64,000 nt of DNA, from contig MU626284.1 of the NCBI GenBank assembly GCA_025603075.1, positions 96,170-160,169 on the forward strand. The letters run 5' to 3'. Both the position numbers and the translations under genes were made by a program. Under the pieces are notes generated by a model, which was given only the letters and a program-made list of their open reading frames with translations, had not been told where the DNA came from and made no database searches. Source of the DNA: Neoconidiobolus thromboides FSU 785 (lineage: Eukaryota; Fungi; Entomophthoromycota). Numbering within the stretch: the first letter of the stretch is position 1; each line of letters opens with the position of its first letter. Below, piece by piece: positions 62,760 to 64,000 of this stretch.

Positions 62760-63009
62760 ATATGCTAAAGATAGCTTATTTTTTCCAACTTTTTTTAGTA
62801 TTTATTCAGTTATATAATGGAATTATAACATTAAAATAGTTATTTATTTGATAGCAAATCTCTAATGTTGGTTGTAGAGCAGTCAATAATAAATGTTTCT
62901 CAATGAATTTTTATAAGGACACGTGTTTAAGATCTGGTAGAAATTCAACTAACTTACAATATAAACTATAACAAAACAATTTAAAACTGTGTCTGGGTAC
63001 TTTTGCTTT

Positions 63010-63108
63010 TTGATAAAAAATTTGTTTTTACAGAATTTTAAACAAAGTTTTTAAAATACAAAATGTTTAAAAAGCGAATAAAAAAGTGAAACTAATTTAG
63101 ACATCCCC
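63010..63108 (-). mobile_element. MITE copy 15 (partial/eroded)
   Basis: Ends in ACATCCCC-ATAT. The preceding sequence only weakly resembles the family core. Confidence 0.45.
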
Positions 63109-64000
63109 ATATGCTGTAGTAGTATTACATCTCATCATTTTAATCTATCTAAAAGTAAATGTGTTAAAGGTATCTTCGGAGATTTTGGTACTGGATGTTC
63201 TATTTTTAATGTCATGAAACAACGTAGCTCAACTTGTAGAACTTGTAAGTAATAAGGCTTTATCATATTAATAAAATCAATATTTTAAGATGAATATTTT
63301 TTTTGTTTTAAATATCATAATTATGCGTTACAAATTGTACTATTTAAAATAAAAAATTTATTAATAAAAATCTAATGCATAATCAGCTTTACTTTAATAT
63401 AACTTAAGCTTGTATATTAACTGTTTAGTTTTTATAAATGCTGGAATATTTAAAATTTTATTTATTTATATAATACAAAGTAATAATTAATTATATAACA
63501 TTTATAATTATAATAGTTATGCATAGTTCTTTTTAAAGCTATCAAATAAAAAAAACCAAAAATATGATCATTTTAAAAAAAAGTATGTGATATGACAGAA
63601 CTTTAATCCTAATATATAAATTATAACTAATTGTATTATAATGTATTTATAGTTCTACTAAATAATCTTATTATAGTTTATATTATAAGCTACCAGAATT
63701 TTTACTAAATTTAGTAAAAATTGCTATATCAGCAAAGCTTTTATCAATGTAATTCATATGGGGCTGTCCTAATTGGTTTCAGAATCTACTTAGAAATTAA
63801 TCCAAATTTAAAATTTCAAGTTTGTGTCCAATATAACGGTTAAATCTAGAAAGCCTAAAATTAAATGTCTCTATTTAAAACTTATTTCAATTGTTTCCTT
63901 TTCTTAAATAGCTAATTTTCCTAACTATATATTTTATGTTAGTTCTGTTAGATATTTAACAGATATATAATATATAACTATATGATTATATAATTATATA

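Overview
This is AT-rich eukaryotic DNA with short GT-AG introns, mostly 44-70 nt. Gene content and architecture fit an early-diverging fungus; an Entomophthoromycotina/Zoopagomycota-like lineage is an inference. About 20 protein-coding genes are supported. Conserved genes: RCC1, a Ran1/Pat1-type kinase, a voltage-gated proton channel (Hv1-like), a two-repeat Myb factor, a POT/PTR2 transporter, a Uds1-domain coiled-coil protein, an Sso-type syntaxin, SOF1/DCAF13, a Zn2Cys6 factor, glucosidase II alpha, EMG1/NEP1, SLC1, a mitochondrial carrier, a GRAM-VASt sterol transfer protein and an HSF-domain factor. Less explained elements: (i) a pair of about 1050-aa intronless vWA-like paralogs, one strongly AT-drifted; (ii) four small or low-complexity secreted proteins, namely an alpha-hairpinin-motif peptide, a Lys-rich protein, a Thr/Cys-repeat protein and a 55-aa one-repeat relative absent from the ORF track; (iii) about 15 copies of a 99-bp MITE with GGGG..CCCC ends and a 4-bp target-site duplication; (iv) a nested foldback repeat at 2.3-3.2 kb; (v) intergenic DNA with transition-biased decay and a specific excess of AGCT. 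No tRNA, rRNA or CRISPR array was recognised. Exon boundaries were inferred by hand and no database searches were run.
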